A DNA stretch of 64,000 nucleotides. Origin: Deltaproteobacteria bacterium (GTDB lineage: Bacteria > Desulfobacterota > Binatia > UBA12015). Shown piece by piece: positions 40,175 to 51,301 of this stretch (position 1 is the first letter of the stretch; each line of letters starts with the position of its first letter). The notes below the pieces were generated by a model. That model saw nothing but the letters and a program-made list of their open reading frames with translations. It was not told where the DNA came from and searched no databases. A program made the translations under genes and the position numbers. Location: assembly GCA_016874795.1 (NCBI GenBank), contig VGTG01000010.1, forward strand, positions 9,740-73,739, written 5' to 3'.

Positions 40175-40927
40175 ATGACCATCTGGTCCAGACTGAAGGA
40201 GGACGTGCTGGTCGCGCTCGAGCGCGATCCCGCGGCCCGTTCGGTCGTCGAGGTCCTGCTCTGCTACCCGGGCCTGCACGCGTTGCTCCTGCACCGCGTC
40301 GGGCATTCGCTGTGGCGGCGCGGGCTGCATCTGCCGGCGCGTCTGCTCTCGGCGTTCTCCCGTTTCTTCACGGGGATCGAGATCCACCCTGGCGCTTCGA
40401 TCGGCCGCCGGTGCTTCATCGATCACGGGATGGGCGTCGTGATCGGCGAGACGACGGAGATCGGCAACGACGTGCTGATCTACCAGGGCGTCAGCTTCGG
40501 CGGGACGAGCCTCACCCGCGGGAAGCGTCACCCGACGATCGAAGACTACGTCGTCGTCGGCCTCGGCTCGACGGTGCTCGGACCCGTGACGGTCGGCCGC
40601 CACAGTCGCGTCGGAGCCGGCTCGGTCGTGGTTTCCTCGGTGCCGCCGCACTCGACGGTCGTCGGCGTACCGGGGCGTGTCGTGGGCGAGTCGGGACATC
40701 ACTCGGCGAGCGGCGAGCCGCTCCTGAACCTCGAGCACGGCGAGCTGCCCGATCCGCTCGTGCGAGCGATTTCGGGCTTGACGGATCAGGTCGCGCGGCT
40801 CGAACGCGAGCTGAACGAGCTCCGCGGCGGCGCAGCGCGGCCCGGCGAAGCCGCGGCAGGTTCCTCGGAGCCGGCCGCTGCCGACACGGAGCCCACCGCG
40901 GCGGCCCTCCGGCTGGCGCGAGAGTAG
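40175..40927 (+). CDS. cysE: serine O-acetyltransferase with C-terminal extension
   Basis: [46 protein letters not shown] (hexapeptide repeats). Confidence 0.88.
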   Translation: MTIWSRLKEDVLVALERDPAARSVVEVLLCYPGLHALLLHRVGHSLWRRGLHLPARLLSAFSRFFTGIEIHPGASIGRRCFIDHGMGVVIGETTEIGNDVLIYQGVSFGGTSLTRGKRHPTIEDYVVVGLGSTVLGPVTVGRHSRVGAGSVVVSSVPPHSTVVGVPGRVVGESGHHSASGEPLLNLEHGELPDPLVRAISGLTDQVARLERELNELRGGAARPGEAAAGSSEPAAADTEPTAAALRLARE

Positions 40928-40931
40928 GCGG

Positions 40932-42089
40932 ATGTTCCTGGACCACAACGCCGGTGGACGCGTGCGCCCGGAAGTCGCCGAGCGGCTCTCGGAGCTCTTG
41001 CGCAGTCCCCTCGCGAATCCGTCGAGCCTGCATGCGGCAGGTCGGCGGACGAGGGCGCTCGTCGAGGAGGCGCGGGAGTCCGTGGCGGAGCTCGTCGGCG
41101 CGCACGCTTCCGAGGTCGTCTTCACGAGCGGGGGCACCGAGGCGAACAACCTCGCGATCCTGGGAGCGGCTGCCGAGGCCGCGCATCTCGTCTCGACGTC
41201 GATCGAGCACGCTTCGGTGCTGCGCGCGCTCGAGGGCGCGGAAGCCGCGGGGGCGACCGTGAGCATCCTCTCGCCCGGTTCGGACGGCGCCGTGGCGGCC
41301 GGCGAGATCGTCGCGGCGATCCGCGGGGAGACGGCGCTCGTCAGCATCGGCTGGGTGAACGGCGAGATCGGAGTGATCCAGCCGATTGGGGAGATCGTCC
41401 GCGGCGTGCGCGCCGCGAGTAATCGCGTCCGCGTGCATGCGGACGCGGTCCAGGCGATCGGGCTCCTCGACGTCGACGTCGCGGCGGCGGACCTGGATCT
41501 GGCGAGCCTCTCCGGCCACAAGATCGGAGCTCCCGCGGGCGTGGGCGCGCTCGTTCTCCGGCGCGGCACGACGCTCCGTCCGCTTCTGCACGGCGGGCCG
41601 CACGAGCGCGAGCGACGCTCGGGCACCGAGAACGTCCTCGGCATCGTCGGCTTTGGCCTCGCCGCGCGCCTTGCCCGGACCGAGCGCGCCGCGTTTCGCG
41701 AGCGCGCGGCCGCGATCAAGACGAAGATCGGAAAGGCGCTCGCGGCGAGCGCGAGGCCTGCGGTCCGGCTCGACCCGGCGGACGCCGTCCCGGGCACGCT
41801 CTCGGTCTCGTTCCCTGACCTGCGCGGCGACGCGCTCGCCGCGGCTCTCGATCTGCGCGGCGTCGCCGTTTCGACGGGCTCCGCCTGCGCTGCGGGAGCG
41901 CCGGAGCCGTCGCACGTGCTGCGCGCGCTCGGCTGCAGCGAAGAGGTCGCACGCGGCACGATCCGCCTTTCGTTCGGTCCCGAGCTCTCGCTCGAGGACG
42001 CGGAGCAGGCCGCGCGGATCATCGTCGAGGTCGTCGGTGCGGCGCGCGCACGCCGCCAGGGCGAGTCGGGAGCGGGTCGTGCGGCCTGA
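40932..42089 (+). CDS. cysteine desulfurase (NifS/IscS family)
   Basis: ANPSSLHAAGRR...SLSGHKIGAPAGVGALVLRRG...RSGTENVLGIVGFG. Confidence 0.88.
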   Translation: MFLDHNAGGRVRPEVAERLSELLRSPLANPSSLHAAGRRTRALVEEARESVAELVGAHASEVVFTSGGTEANNLAILGAAAEAAHLVSTSIEHASVLRALEGAEAAGATVSILSPGSDGAVAAGEIVAAIRGETALVSIGWVNGEIGVIQPIGEIVRGVRAASNRVRVHADAVQAIGLLDVDVAAADLDLASLSGHKIGAPAGVGALVLRRGTTLRPLLHGGPHERERRSGTENVLGIVGFGLAARLARTERAAFRERAAAIKTKIGKALAASARPAVRLDPADAVPGTLSVSFPDLRGDALAAALDLRGVAVSTGSACAAGAPEPSHVLRALGCSEEVARGTIRLSFGPELSLEDAEQAARIIVEVVGAARARRQGESGAGRAA

Positions 42090-43224
42090 GGGGATCCGCG
42101 CGATCGTGCGCGACGTCACCGGTGCGGAGCCGCGCGATCTCGCCGGTGCGGGGCAGCTCGAGGAGGGAGCCCGCGTCGTCGCCGCCATGTCGGGCGGCGT
42201 CGACAGCGCCGTCGCGGCGGCGATCCTGCGCGGCGCCGGGCTCGACGTGGTCGGCGTATCGATGCGCCTCGGGAGCTCCTCGCGGCGCGCAGAGGGTCAC
42301 GCGGGATGCTGCTCGCTCGACGACTTCGAGGACGCGCGCCGTACCGCGGTCCGTCTCGACGTGCCGCACTACGTCGTCGACCTGCGCGACCTGTTCCAGG
42401 AGAAGGTGATCGACGTCTTCGTGTCGACGTACCTCTCCGGCCGGACGCCGAACCCGTGCGTCCTCTGCAACCGCGACATCAAGTTCGACGCCCTGTGGGA
42501 GTGGGCCGAGACCGCGGAAGCCGTCGCGATCGGCACGGGTCACTACGCCCGGATTCGTACCTCCTCGGAAGGCTTCGCTCTCCACGCGGGCGCCGATCCG
42601 GCGAAGGACCAGAGCTACTTCCTCTTCACGCTGACGCAGAGCGAGCTCGCGCGAACACTCTTCCCGGTGGGCGGGCTGGCGAAGCCGCAGGTCCGCGCTC
42701 TCGCCGAGGCGCTCGAGCTGCCGGTAGCGCAGAAGCCGGAGAGCCAGGACATCTGCTTCGTCGCCGGGACGACGTACGCGGAGTTCGTGGAGAAGAACGC
42801 CCCCGCGGCGCGGCGGCGCCCCGGCGTCCTCCGCGCGACGGACGGACGCGATCTCGGACGCCACGAGGGCGTGCACCGCTTCACCGTCGGACAGCGGCGC
42901 GGTCTCGGCGGTGGCGCCGAGGAGCCGCGCTACGTGACGGCGATCGACGCGGAGAGTGCGACGGTGACGGTCGGCGGAAGGGGCGATCTCGACCGCTCCG
43001 CGTTTCTCGTGCAGGACGCACGGTGGACGAGCGCGCCGCGTCCGGGCCCCGCGCGCGTTCGCTTGCGGCACCGGCACGCGCCGGTCGGCTGCACGCTGCA
43101 TCCCTCCGGGGCGACGACACGCGTGGAGCTCGACGCGCCGGCGGCCGGCGTGACGCCGGGGCAGGCTGCGGTCTGGTACGACGGCGACCGCGTGCTGGGG
43201 GGCGGATGGATCGCCGACCGCTGA
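42079..43224 (+). CDS. mnmA: tRNA-specific 2-thiouridylase
   Basis: VVAAMSGGVDSAVAAA...NPCVLCNRDIKFDAL...DQSYFLFTLTQ. Confidence 0.9.
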   Translation: MRPEGIRAIVRDVTGAEPRDLAGAGQLEEGARVVAAMSGGVDSAVAAAILRGAGLDVVGVSMRLGSSSRRAEGHAGCCSLDDFEDARRTAVRLDVPHYVVDLRDLFQEKVIDVFVSTYLSGRTPNPCVLCNRDIKFDALWEWAETAEAVAIGTGHYARIRTSSEGFALHAGADPAKDQSYFLFTLTQSELARTLFPVGGLAKPQVRALAEALELPVAQKPESQDICFVAGTTYAEFVEKNAPAARRRPGVLRATDGRDLGRHEGVHRFTVGQRRGLGGGAEEPRYVTAIDAESATVTVGGRGDLDRSAFLVQDARWTSAPRPGPARVRLRHRHAPVGCTLHPSGATTRVELDAPAAGVTPGQAAVWYDGDRVLGGGWIADR

Positions 43225-43958
43225 GCGACGCGGATCGGACGGCTCTCGAGGAGCGTCTCGGCTATCGCTTTGCGCGCGAGGCGCTGCTCATCGCCGCGCT
43301 CACGCACTGCTCGTCGACGTCGCGCGTCGGCGCGCACAACGAGACGCTCGAGTTCCTCGGTGACGCGGTGGTCGGCCTCGTCGTGAGCGATCTCCTGCAC
43401 GCCGCCTGGCCCGAAGCGGACGAGGGCAGCCTTTCGCGCCGGCGTGCGGCGCTCGTCAACGCGAAGTCGCTCGCGGAGCGCGCGCAGCGTCTCGAGCTCG
43501 GAGACCTCCTCGCGCTCGGTCGCGGCGAGGCGAAGACCGGGGGCCGCGAGAAGACCTCGATCCTCGCCGGCGCGTTCGAGGCGCTGGTCGGCGCGGTGTA
43601 CCGCGACGGCGGCTACGCGCCCGCGCACGACGTCGTCACCCGGGCGTTCGCGGGCGAGATCGAGCAGAGCCTCGACGAGGCTTCGGACGCGGCGCTCGGC
43701 GACTACAAGACGCGGCTGCAGGAGCTCTGCCAGCGGGTCTTCCGCACGGTTCCCGCGTACACTCTCCTCCGGGCGACGGGTCCGGACCACGCGAAGGCCT
43801 TCGAGTGTCGCGTCGAGCTCGGCGATCGCGTGCTCGGCCACGGACGCGGCGGCAGCAAGAAGGACGCGGAGCAGGCGGCGGCGCGCGAGGGCCTTGCACT
43901 CCTCCAGGCGGAGCTCGAGGCGGCGGCACCGGTCGAGAGCGAGCGGCGGAACGCATGA
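43206..43958 (+). CDS. rnc: ribonuclease III
   Basis: NETLEFLGDAVVGLVVSDLL...AFEALVGAVYRDGG, plus a C-terminal dsRBD. Confidence 0.92.
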   Translation: MDRRPLSDADRTALEERLGYRFAREALLIAALTHCSSTSRVGAHNETLEFLGDAVVGLVVSDLLHAAWPEADEGSLSRRRAALVNAKSLAERAQRLELGDLLALGRGEAKTGGREKTSILAGAFEALVGAVYRDGGYAPAHDVVTRAFAGEIEQSLDEASDAALGDYKTRLQELCQRVFRTVPAYTLLRATGPDHAKAFECRVELGDRVLGHGRGGSKKDAEQAAAREGLALLQAELEAAAPVESERRNA

Positions 43959-44848
43959 GCGCCGAAGGATTCCGCGCCGGCTTCGTCGCCCTGATCGGCC
44001 TCCCGAACGTCGGAAAGTCGACGCTCCTGAATCGGATCCTCGGCCGGAAGCTCGCGATCGTCACGCCGAAGCCGCAGACGACGCGGACGCGCATCCTCGG
44101 GATCGAGACCCGCTCCGACGCGCAGTACCTCTTCGTCGACACGCCGGGCCTGCACCGGCCCCGGAACCTCCTCGGCGAGCGGATGGTCCAGGTCGCGCAG
44201 CAGAGCTCCGCCGACGCGGACGTCGTCGTCTGGGTGATCGACGCGGAGGCGGGCTTCGGCGAGGAGGGGGAAGCGCGCGCGAGCGAGCTGCACGCGGGCT
44301 CGAAGCCGCTCGTCGTCGTGCTCAACAAGATCGATCGCGTCAAGCGGCCGGAGCTGTTCGGGCTGGCCGAGCGGCTCGGCCGCCTCGCGCCCGGTCGGGA
44401 CATCGTCCCGGTGAGCGCGCGGACCAGCGAGAACCTCGAGGAGCTCCTGAAGACGGTGCGGAGCCACCTGCCAGAGTCCCCGCCGCTCTATCCGAGCGAC
44501 GCCCAGACGGATCTCCCGGAGCGCTTCTTCGCCGCGGAGATGATCCGGGAGCAGCTCCTCCTCGCGACCCACGAGGAGGTTCCGTATCAATGCGCGGTCC
44601 GCGTCGACGAGTTCGCGGAGCGCGAGGGCAAGGATCTCGTCGCGATCTCGGCGACGATCCTCGTCGGGCGGAAGTCTCACAAGGCGATCGTGATCGGCGA
44701 GCGCGGCTCGCGGTTGAAGTCGATCGGGCAGGCGGCGCGGCACGAGCTCGAGCGGTTTCTCGGGCTCCGCGTGTATCTCGAGCTCTTCGTCAAGGTGGAC
44801 CCGGCGTGGTTCACGAGCGCCCGCTCCCTGACGGAGCTCGGGCTGTGA
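43955..44848 (+). CDS. era: GTPase Era
   Basis: GFVALIGLPNVGKSTLLNRILG...DTPGLHRP...VLNKID..., with a KH domain; rnc-era synteny. Confidence 0.95.
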   Translation: MSAEGFRAGFVALIGLPNVGKSTLLNRILGRKLAIVTPKPQTTRTRILGIETRSDAQYLFVDTPGLHRPRNLLGERMVQVAQQSSADADVVVWVIDAEAGFGEEGEARASELHAGSKPLVVVLNKIDRVKRPELFGLAERLGRLAPGRDIVPVSARTSENLEELLKTVRSHLPESPPLYPSDAQTDLPERFFAAEMIREQLLLATHEEVPYQCAVRVDEFAEREGKDLVAISATILVGRKSHKAIVIGERGSRLKSIGQAARHELERFLGLRVYLELFVKVDPAWFTSARSLTELGL

Positions 44849-46308
44849 AGCGGGACGGACGGCTCGTCGTCGCGATCACCGGGCGACCGAACGCGGGGAA
44901 GTCGACGCTCTTCAACCGCCTGCTCGGGACGCGGAAGGCGCTCGTGCACGACTCGCCGGGCGTGACGCGCGACGAGAACCGTGCCCGCATCGAGCGCGGC
45001 GGCGTCGGGATCGAGCTCGTCGACACGGGCGGGATCGAGGAGCAGGCGGCGCGCGATCGCATCGGCGAGCGCGTCGATCGGCGGACTCTCACGGTCCTCG
45101 GCGGCGCGGACGTGATCGTGCACCTTCTCGACGGACAGGGCGGTGCGAATCCCGCGGATCAGGCGGTCGCGAAGCGTCTCCGCGCGCTCGGAAAGCCCGT
45201 CGTCTTCGCGGTGAACAAGATCGACCTCGCGAGCCACGAGTCGAGGCTCGCGGAGTTCGCAGCGCTGGGCGCGGACGATCTCGTCGGGGTCTCGGCGGCG
45301 CACGGCCGCGGCCTCGCGGATCTGTGGGATCGCGTGCTCGCGGTCGCTCCGGAGCGCGCGGCGTCGGATGCGAGCGGAAGCGAGAGCGAGAGCGACGGAG
45401 ACGCGGCGGCGGAAGGCACCGAGCCCGCGGAGCCGACAGGCCCGCCGCGGATCGCTCTGGTCGGCCGCCCAAACGTGGGTAAATCGTCGCTCCTGAACCG
45501 GCTCGTCGGATACGAGAGGGCGATCGTCGATGCGACGCCGGGTACGACGCGCGACGCGCTCGACGTGACGGTGCAGCGCGGCGATCGCTCGTACGTGGTC
45601 GTCGACACCGCGGGGCTTCGCCGTCCGAGCCGCATCACGGAGGACCTCGAAGGCCACGCCGCGCGCTCGTCGCTGAACGCTCTCGCCCGCGCCGAGGTCG
45701 CCGTGCTCGTCCTCGATGCGACGCAGGGAGTGACGGACCAGGACCTCCGTCTCGCCGATCTCGCGTGGCGGCGCGGACGCGGCCTGATCGTCGCCGTGAA
45801 CAAGATCGACCTCGCGCCGAAGCTCGCAGCGGAGCAGTGCGGCGACGAGATCGCGAGGCGCCTGCCGCAGTGGCCGCCGTTGCCGGTCGTGCGGGTGAGC
45901 GCGCTCGAGGCGACCGGGCTCCGGACGCTCTTCCGCTCGATCGACGTCGTCGTCGAGGGGCACCGCCGGAGGATCACGACGCACCGCCTGAACGAGGTCG
46001 TGCGTGCCGCCGCCGAGACCCAGCCGCCGCCGCAGGTCCGCCACCGGCCCGTGAAGATCCGCTTCGCGGCGCAGGTGAAGCGCGGGCCGCAGGAGATCGC
46101 ACTCTTCGTCAGTCGCGAGGGCGCGCTGCCGGAGAGCTACCGCCGCTATCTCGTGCATGCGCTCCGCGAGGCGTTCGAGCTCGTCGGGGTGCCGCTGCGC
46201 TTGCACGTCCGGACGAGCACTCCGGGAGAGAAGAAGGCCGGAGCGCGATCGCAGCGCGCGCCACGGAGTGGCCGGAAGGGCTCCGGCGCGGTACACCCGG
46301 CGTCGTGA
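44845..46308 (+). CDS. der: ribosome biogenesis GTPase Der (EngA), two G domains + KH-like
   Basis: [19 protein letters not shown]... and [19 protein letters not shown]... Confidence 0.93.
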   Translation: MKRDGRLVVAITGRPNAGKSTLFNRLLGTRKALVHDSPGVTRDENRARIERGGVGIELVDTGGIEEQAARDRIGERVDRRTLTVLGGADVIVHLLDGQGGANPADQAVAKRLRALGKPVVFAVNKIDLASHESRLAEFAALGADDLVGVSAAHGRGLADLWDRVLAVAPERAASDASGSESESDGDAAAEGTEPAEPTGPPRIALVGRPNVGKSSLLNRLVGYERAIVDATPGTTRDALDVTVQRGDRSYVVVDTAGLRRPSRITEDLEGHAARSSLNALARAEVAVLVLDATQGVTDQDLRLADLAWRRGRGLIVAVNKIDLAPKLAAEQCGDEIARRLPQWPPLPVVRVSALEATGLRTLFRSIDVVVEGHRRRITTHRLNEVVRAAAETQPPPQVRHRPVKIRFAAQVKRGPQEIALFVSREGALPESYRRYLVHALREAFELVGVPLRLHVRTSTPGEKKAGARSQRAPRSGRKGSGAVHPAS

Positions 46309-46898
46309 GCTCCCCGAACGATCGTCGTCCGTCCGGCCTGCTCGAGCGCGAGCAGAGCGTGCTCCTCGTCATCGACGTCCAGGAGAGGTACCTGCCGCAC
46401 CTCGCCGAGGGCGCGCGCCTCGTCGAGGCGGTGCGGCGCCTGATCGCGGGGGCGAAGCTCGTCGGCGTGCCGATCCTCCTGACGGAGCAATACCCGCAGG
46501 GCCTCGGGCACACGGCGGACGTGGTTCGCGCCGAGCTCGGCGACGGCGTGACGGCGATCGAGAAGCGCTCGATGTCGTGTCTCGGCGAGCCCGCGTTCCG
46601 CCGTGCGCTCGACGCGAGCGGCCGGCGCCAGGTGGTCGTCGCGGGCATCGAGGCGCACGCCTGCGTCAACCAGACGGTGCACGAGCTCCTCGCGCACGGC
46701 GCCCTGGTGCACGTCGCAGTCGACGCGATCGACGCGCGTTTCGCGCGCGACCGCGAGGTCGCTCTCGCACGGGTCGAGCGCGCCGGCGCGATCGCGACGA
46801 CGGTCGAATCCGTGCTCCTCGAGTGGGTGCGAACGGCGGACTCGCCGGAGTTCCAGTCGATCCGCGGGCTGATCCGCGATCCGCTGCCCGAGGGCTGA
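46305..46898 (+). CDS. isochorismatase-family hydrolase
   Basis: SVLLVIDVQERYLP...VVVAGIEAHACVNQTVHELL. Confidence 0.8.
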   Translation: MSSPNDRRPSGLLEREQSVLLVIDVQERYLPHLAEGARLVEAVRRLIAGAKLVGVPILLTEQYPQGLGHTADVVRAELGDGVTAIEKRSMSCLGEPAFRRALDASGRRQVVVAGIEAHACVNQTVHELLAHGALVHVAVDAIDARFARDREVALARVERAGAIATTVESVLLEWVRTADSPEFQSIRGLIRDPLPEG

Positions 46899-46918
46899 GA
46901 GCCCTCGGCCTGCTCCCG

Positions 46919-49045
46919 CTACCGCGGGGTCGCGTCCGGAAGACCGCCGTCGACGGGGATCGTCGCGCCGGTCGTCGGCGTCGCGCGCGTCAGGAAGAAA
47001 GCCACGGCTCGGCCGACGTGCGCGGCGGTGATCCGCGCCTGGAGCAGGTTCCGCTTCCGGTAGTAGTCCTCGAGGCCGGCCGCATCGAGGCCGCGGGCGC
47101 GCATGCGATCGGGGCCGACTTCCTCCCACAGGCCCGAGCGCCGCTCACCGTGGGAGAACACCGCGTCCGGCGCGACCATGTTCACGCGGATGTCGTGCTC
47201 CGCGAGCTCGAGGCTCGCGATGCGCGCCAGCTGATGGGCAGCGGCCTTCGTCGCGCTGTAGGCGCCGAACTTCGCTCCCGGCGCGAAGACGTTCTTCGTC
47301 GACACGAGTACGACGTCGCCGCCCGTGCCCTGTCTCTTCAGGTGACGCGCGGACTCGCGGAGGAGGAGCAGCGTGCCGTCGGTGTTGACGCGCTCGAGCA
47401 GGCGGAACCGGTCGACGTCCATCTCCTCGAGGGGCGAGACGTGTGCGAGCCCCGCGTTGATCACGACCGCGTCGACGCCGCCCCACGTCGCGGCGACGCG
47501 CGCGAACCCTTGCGCGACGGAGTCGGGATCGGTGACATCGAGCGGCACGCCGAGGACGCGATCGGGGTAGCGCTCGCCGAGACGCGCAGTGAGCTCGTCG
47601 AGCGGTGCGCCGCCGAGGTCCGTCAGCGCCATGTGCGCGCCCTGCGCGAGGAGAGCTTCCGCGATGCCCGAGCCGATCGCACCCGCGGCGCCCGTGATGA
47701 GCACGACTTGTCCCGCGAGGGGCGGGTCGATCGCGCTCGCGAGCTTCGCGTGCTGCATCGGGCGGTACTCCATGTCGAAGAGGTGATCCTCTCCGGGGGC
47801 GACATACGAAGCGCCCGTCGCCGCGATCTTCGCCTTTGCGGCGAGCGTCTGCGCGGTGATGTCGCGCGCGATGCACGCGGCCTCGGCGTCCTCGCCGGCG
47901 CAGATCGCGCCGAGGCCGGGCAGCAGGACGACGGCGGGAAGCGGCGCGAACGGCCGTACGCCCGCGGGAGTCCGCGCCGCGTGACGCGCGAGATAGGACT
48001 GATAGTCCTCCGCGTACCGCGCGAGCGCCTCGTCGATCTGCTTCGTGAGCTCGGCCTCGTCGTCCCAGCGCGGGGCTTCGACCCACGCGGGGAGGATCCG
48101 CGTCCGGATCAGATGGTCGGTCGTGAGCGGCGGAGAAAGGGCGAGCTCGCGCGCACCTGCGCTCTCGAGGACGTCGAGCACCTCGGCGTCGACGAGCGGG
48201 CGCAGGACGACGCGGCGGAACGGGCGGTCGGGATTCTCGGTGCGGCGCGCGAGCCGCCCGCGCACGAGCGGGGCGACCCAGGCGAGTCGCTGCTGCGCGA
48301 CCTCGACGGAAGTCGAAGGAGACCTGGCCGCCCGTGCGAGCGGCCGCGCCTGCTTCGCCTGCCGCTCGAGGTACTCCTCCGCGCGCGAGACGAGCTCGAT
48401 CATGCGGTCGTAGCTCTCGCGCGCCGTCTCTCCCCACGTGACGATCCCGTGATGCGTCCAGACCATCGCACGTCCGCGTGCTGCGGAGGCGGCGGCCTCG
48501 GCGACGCGCTTCGAGAGCTGGAACCCGGGGAAGACGTACGGCAGGACCACGACGTCCTCGCCGAGTGCCGCGCGTACGTGACGCTCGCCGTCGGGCTGGT
48601 TCGTCAGGGCGAGGACCGCGTCCGCGTGAGTGTGGTCGACGAAGCGCCCGGGCAGGAACGCGTGCACGGGCGTTTCGATCGAGGGCGTCGCGGCGCGGTG
48701 GTCGAAGAGGTGCGTGCGGAGCGCATTCACCATCCCCTCGTCGGGAAGGTCGTCGAGGCGGGCGAGGCTCCGGACGAACTCGAGGTCGACGGCGACGTGT
48801 CCGCCCGGCTCGATCGTCGCGAGGTCGTGGCCGGACGCCTTGATGAAGAGCGCGGGAGCCTCCTCGCTGAAGACGTTCCGCGCCGTCCCCTTGACGGAGG
48901 TGTTGCCGCCGCCGTGCAAGACGAGCGTCGGCTCCGTGCCGATGAGCCGGCTCGCATAGGTGCGGAGGGCGAGATCTTCGCCCCACGTCGCGCCGTATCG
49001 CGCGACGAAAGCGCGCGCGTCGTCGTCGGACCAGCGGTTCTGCAT
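46919..49045 (-). CDS. bifunctional rhamnulose-1-phosphate aldolase-like (class II aldolase/adducin) / short-chain dehydrogenase
   Basis: 708 aa: N-terminal class II aldolase domain (HTHADAV) plus C-terminal SDR (VLITGAAGAIGSGIAEAL...YSATKAA). Confidence 0.85.
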   Translation of the reverse strand: MQNRWSDDDARAFVARYGATWGEDLALRTYASRLIGTEPTLVLHGGGNTSVKGTARNVFSEEAPALFIKASGHDLATIEPGGHVAVDLEFVRSLARLDDLPDEGMVNALRTHLFDHRAATPSIETPVHAFLPGRFVDHTHADAVLALTNQPDGERHVRAALGEDVVVLPYVFPGFQLSKRVAEAAASAARGRAMVWTHHGIVTWGETARESYDRMIELVSRAEEYLERQAKQARPLARAARSPSTSVEVAQQRLAWVAPLVRGRLARRTENPDRPFRRVVLRPLVDAEVLDVLESAGARELALSPPLTTDHLIRTRILPAWVEAPRWDDEAELTKQIDEALARYAEDYQSYLARHAARTPAGVRPFAPLPAVVLLPGLGAICAGEDAEAACIARDITAQTLAAKAKIAATGASYVAPGEDHLFDMEYRPMQHAKLASAIDPPLAGQVVLITGAAGAIGSGIAEALLAQGAHMALTDLGGAPLDELTARLGERYPDRVLGVPLDVTDPDSVAQGFARVAATWGGVDAVVINAGLAHVSPLEEMDVDRFRLLERVNTDGTLLLLRESARHLKRQGTGGDVVLVSTKNVFAPGAKFGAYSATKAAAHQLARIASLELAEHDIRVNMVAPDAVFSHGERRSGLWEEVGPDRMRARGLDAAGLEDYYRKRNLLQARITAAHVGRAVAFFLTRATPTTGATIPVDGGLPDATPR

Positions 49046-49087
49046 GGCTCGCCTACGCGCGCGGCGCTTTCGCCGGAAAGCGGGGCC

Positions 49088-49987
49088 TCAGCGGGCCGCC
49101 GCCTTGCGCTCGCCCTCGTGCTGCAGGGTCTGGAACAGGTCGTACGCGTCCTTCGGCTTCAGGTTCTCGTGCACGACGCCGCGAACGGCCTGGATCATCG
49201 CCGCCGGATGCGACGCCTGGAAGATGTTGCGTCCCATGTCGACGCCGGCCGCGCCCTGCTGGACCGCGTTGTGCGCCAGCTCGAGCGCCTCGCGCTCGGG
49301 GAGCTTCTTGCCGCCGGCGATGACGATCGGCACGGGGCAGCTCGAGGTCACCGTCTCGAAGTCCTCGTCGACGTAGTAGGTCTTCACGTAGGATGCGCCG
49401 AGCTCCGCGCAGATCCGCGACGCGAGGCGCATGTACTTCGCGTCGCGCACCATCTCGCGGCCGACCGCGGTCACGCCGAGCGTCGCGATGCCGTGGCGGT
49501 TCCCGAGGTCGACGAGCCGGGTCATGTTGTGGATCGAGCGCGTCTCGTGCTCGCCGCCGATGAACACCTGCACCGCCATTGCGGCCGCGTTCAGGCGGAC
49601 GGCGTCGTCGATGCTGATCGCGATCTCCTCGGCGGAGAGCTCCTTCAGGATGCTCGGTCCGCCGCTCGCGCGAAGCACGATGCCGCCCCGGTAGGTCGGC
49701 GGGATCGAGGTGCGCAGGATCCCGCGCGTCAGCATGAGGGTGTCGGCGTACGCGGTCAGCGGGACGATGTTCAGGTCGACGCGCTCGAGCCCACTCGTCG
49801 GGCCCATGAAGTAGCCGTGGTCGAAGGCCAGCATGACGGTCCGGCCGGAGCGGCTGTCGAAGATCTGGGACAGGCGGTTCTTCATGCCCCAGTCGAGGTT
49901 GTTCGAGCCCTTCAGGAAGAACGACTCGCTCCGCATGGGGACATCGGAGTGGAAGTTCTTCGCTTCGGTGGAATCGGCTTCGGCCAT
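49088..49987 (-). CDS. DhnA-type class I aldolase family protein (LsrF / 3-hydroxy-5-phosphonooxypentane-2,4-dione thiolase-like)
   Basis: ...[18 protein letters not shown]...[10 protein letters not shown]...VIAGGKK..., a COG1830-like pattern. Confidence 0.75.
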   Translation of the reverse strand: MAEADSTEAKNFHSDVPMRSESFFLKGSNNLDWGMKNRLSQIFDSRSGRTVMLAFDHGYFMGPTSGLERVDLNIVPLTAYADTLMLTRGILRTSIPPTYRGGIVLRASGGPSILKELSAEEIAISIDDAVRLNAAAMAVQVFIGGEHETRSIHNMTRLVDLGNRHGIATLGVTAVGREMVRDAKYMRLASRICAELGASYVKTYYVDEDFETVTSSCPVPIVIAGGKKLPEREALELAHNAVQQGAAGVDMGRNIFQASHPAAMIQAVRGVVHENLKPKDAYDLFQTLQHEGERKAAAR

Positions 49988-50101
49988 CGTTCTAGCTCTC
50001 CATCGGTGTTGCGAGGGGAATTGGGATCGCGCGAAAACGCCAGTCTACCCAGGCGGGCCGCCCCAGTAAACGCGCGGATTCGGGCGTATGGCGCGAGCGC
50101 C

Positions 50102-50308
50102 CTAGCGATTGACGGGCGGCTCGGCGGAGACGCGGCGGACCGCGATGTCGAGGACCTTGCGGCGCGCGCCGAGCGGCGACTCGATCACGACCGCCGGGGG
50201 GTCGATTTCGACCACCGTGAACGGGCCGGGCTCCGCCATCAGCACGACGAGGTCGCCGAGGCGGATGTCTTCGTCCGAGCGCGCCGGGGGCTGCTTTTCG
50301 TCTGCCAC
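50102..50308 (-). CDS. small hypothetical protein (68 aa)
   Basis: MADEKQPPARSDEDIRLGDLVVLMAEPGPFTVVEIDPPAVVIESPLGARRKVLDIAVRRV; balanced composition, located inside the catabolic operon. Confidence 0.45.
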   Translation of the reverse strand: MADEKQPPARSDEDIRLGDLVVLMAEPGPFTVVEIDPPAVVIESPLGARRKVLDIAVRRVSAEPPVNR

Positions 50309-50320
50309 GAGACGGGGAGA

Positions 50321-51301
50321 TTAGGGTTTCTCCGCGGGCTTCGCAAAGAGGCCACACGCGCGCGACAAGGCGTGCCAGAGGTCGTCCGGGATCGCCGCCG
50401 TGAAGGAGCGGACGTTCTCCTCGAGCTCGGCCGGGGAGCGCGCGCCGGTGAGGACCGTCGTCACGGCCTCGTGCCGGAGCGGAAACTGGAGAGCCGCAGC
50501 GGGGAGCGACACGCCGAAGCTCGCGCACACGCGATCGAGCTCCCGGGCCCGCTCGATCTGCGGATCGGGCGCCGGCTCGTAGTCGAACGTCGCGCCCGGA
50601 CGCGGATCCGCGAGGAGCCCGGAGTTGAAGACGCCCGCGGCGATCACCGCGACGCCGGCCTCGAGCGCCGCCGGAAGCAGATGCTCCTCCGCGGTTCGAT
50701 CGAGGAGCGTATGCCGGCCGGCCACGAGGACGCAGTCGACGAGGCCGCGCTCGACGAAGCGCGCGAGCATCGCGGACTGGTTCATCCCGGCGCCGACCGC
50801 GCCGATGACGCCCTCGTCGCTCAAACGACGCAGAGCCCGAAAGGAGCCCGCGATCGCCTCGTCCTCGTGGTCGTCCGGGTCGTGCACGTGCGCGACGTCG
50901 ATGCGGCCCTGGCCGAGCCGTTCGAGGCTCGCCTCGATCGAGCGCAGCGTGCCGTCGTAGCTGAAGTCGAACACCGGCCGACGCGGCGGGACATCGACGA
51001 ACATCGCCCCTTCCTCGATGCCCGGGACGAGCAACCGCCCGACCTTCGTCGCAAGCACGTACTCGCCTCGTGGCCGCGCGCGCAGCGCGCGCCCGAGCCG
51101 CTCCTCGGAGAGCCCGAAGCCGTAGAGCGGCGCCGTGTCGAACCAGCGGAGGCCCGCTTCCCAGGCGGCGTCGATCGTCGCCGTCGCTTGCGCCTCGTCG
51201 ACGGCGTGGAACAGGTTCCCGAGAGGGGCGCAGCCGAGCCCGAGGCGGGTGACCCGTACGCCGGTCCGTCCCAGAGCGACGAGCTCCCGCGCGTCAGGCA
51301 C
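50321..51301 (-). CDS. aldo/keto reductase (D-threo-aldose/L-fucose dehydrogenase-like)
   Basis: RLGLGCAPLGN...WFDTAPLYGFGLSEERLG...; the start is inferred as the GTG at 51301. Confidence 0.82.
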   Translation of the reverse strand: MPDARELVALGRTGVRVTRLGLGCAPLGNLFHAVDEAQATATIDAAWEAGLRWFDTAPLYGFGLSEERLGRALRARPRGEYVLATKVGRLLVPGIEEGAMFVDVPPRRPVFDFSYDGTLRSIEASLERLGQGRIDVAHVHDPDDHEDEAIAGSFRALRRLSDEGVIGAVGAGMNQSAMLARFVERGLVDCVLVAGRHTLLDRTAEEHLLPAALEAGVAVIAAGVFNSGLLADPRPGATFDYEPAPDPQIERARELDRVCASFGVSLPAAALQFPLRHEAVTTVLTGARSPAELEENVRSFTAAIPDDLWHALSRACGLFAKPAEKP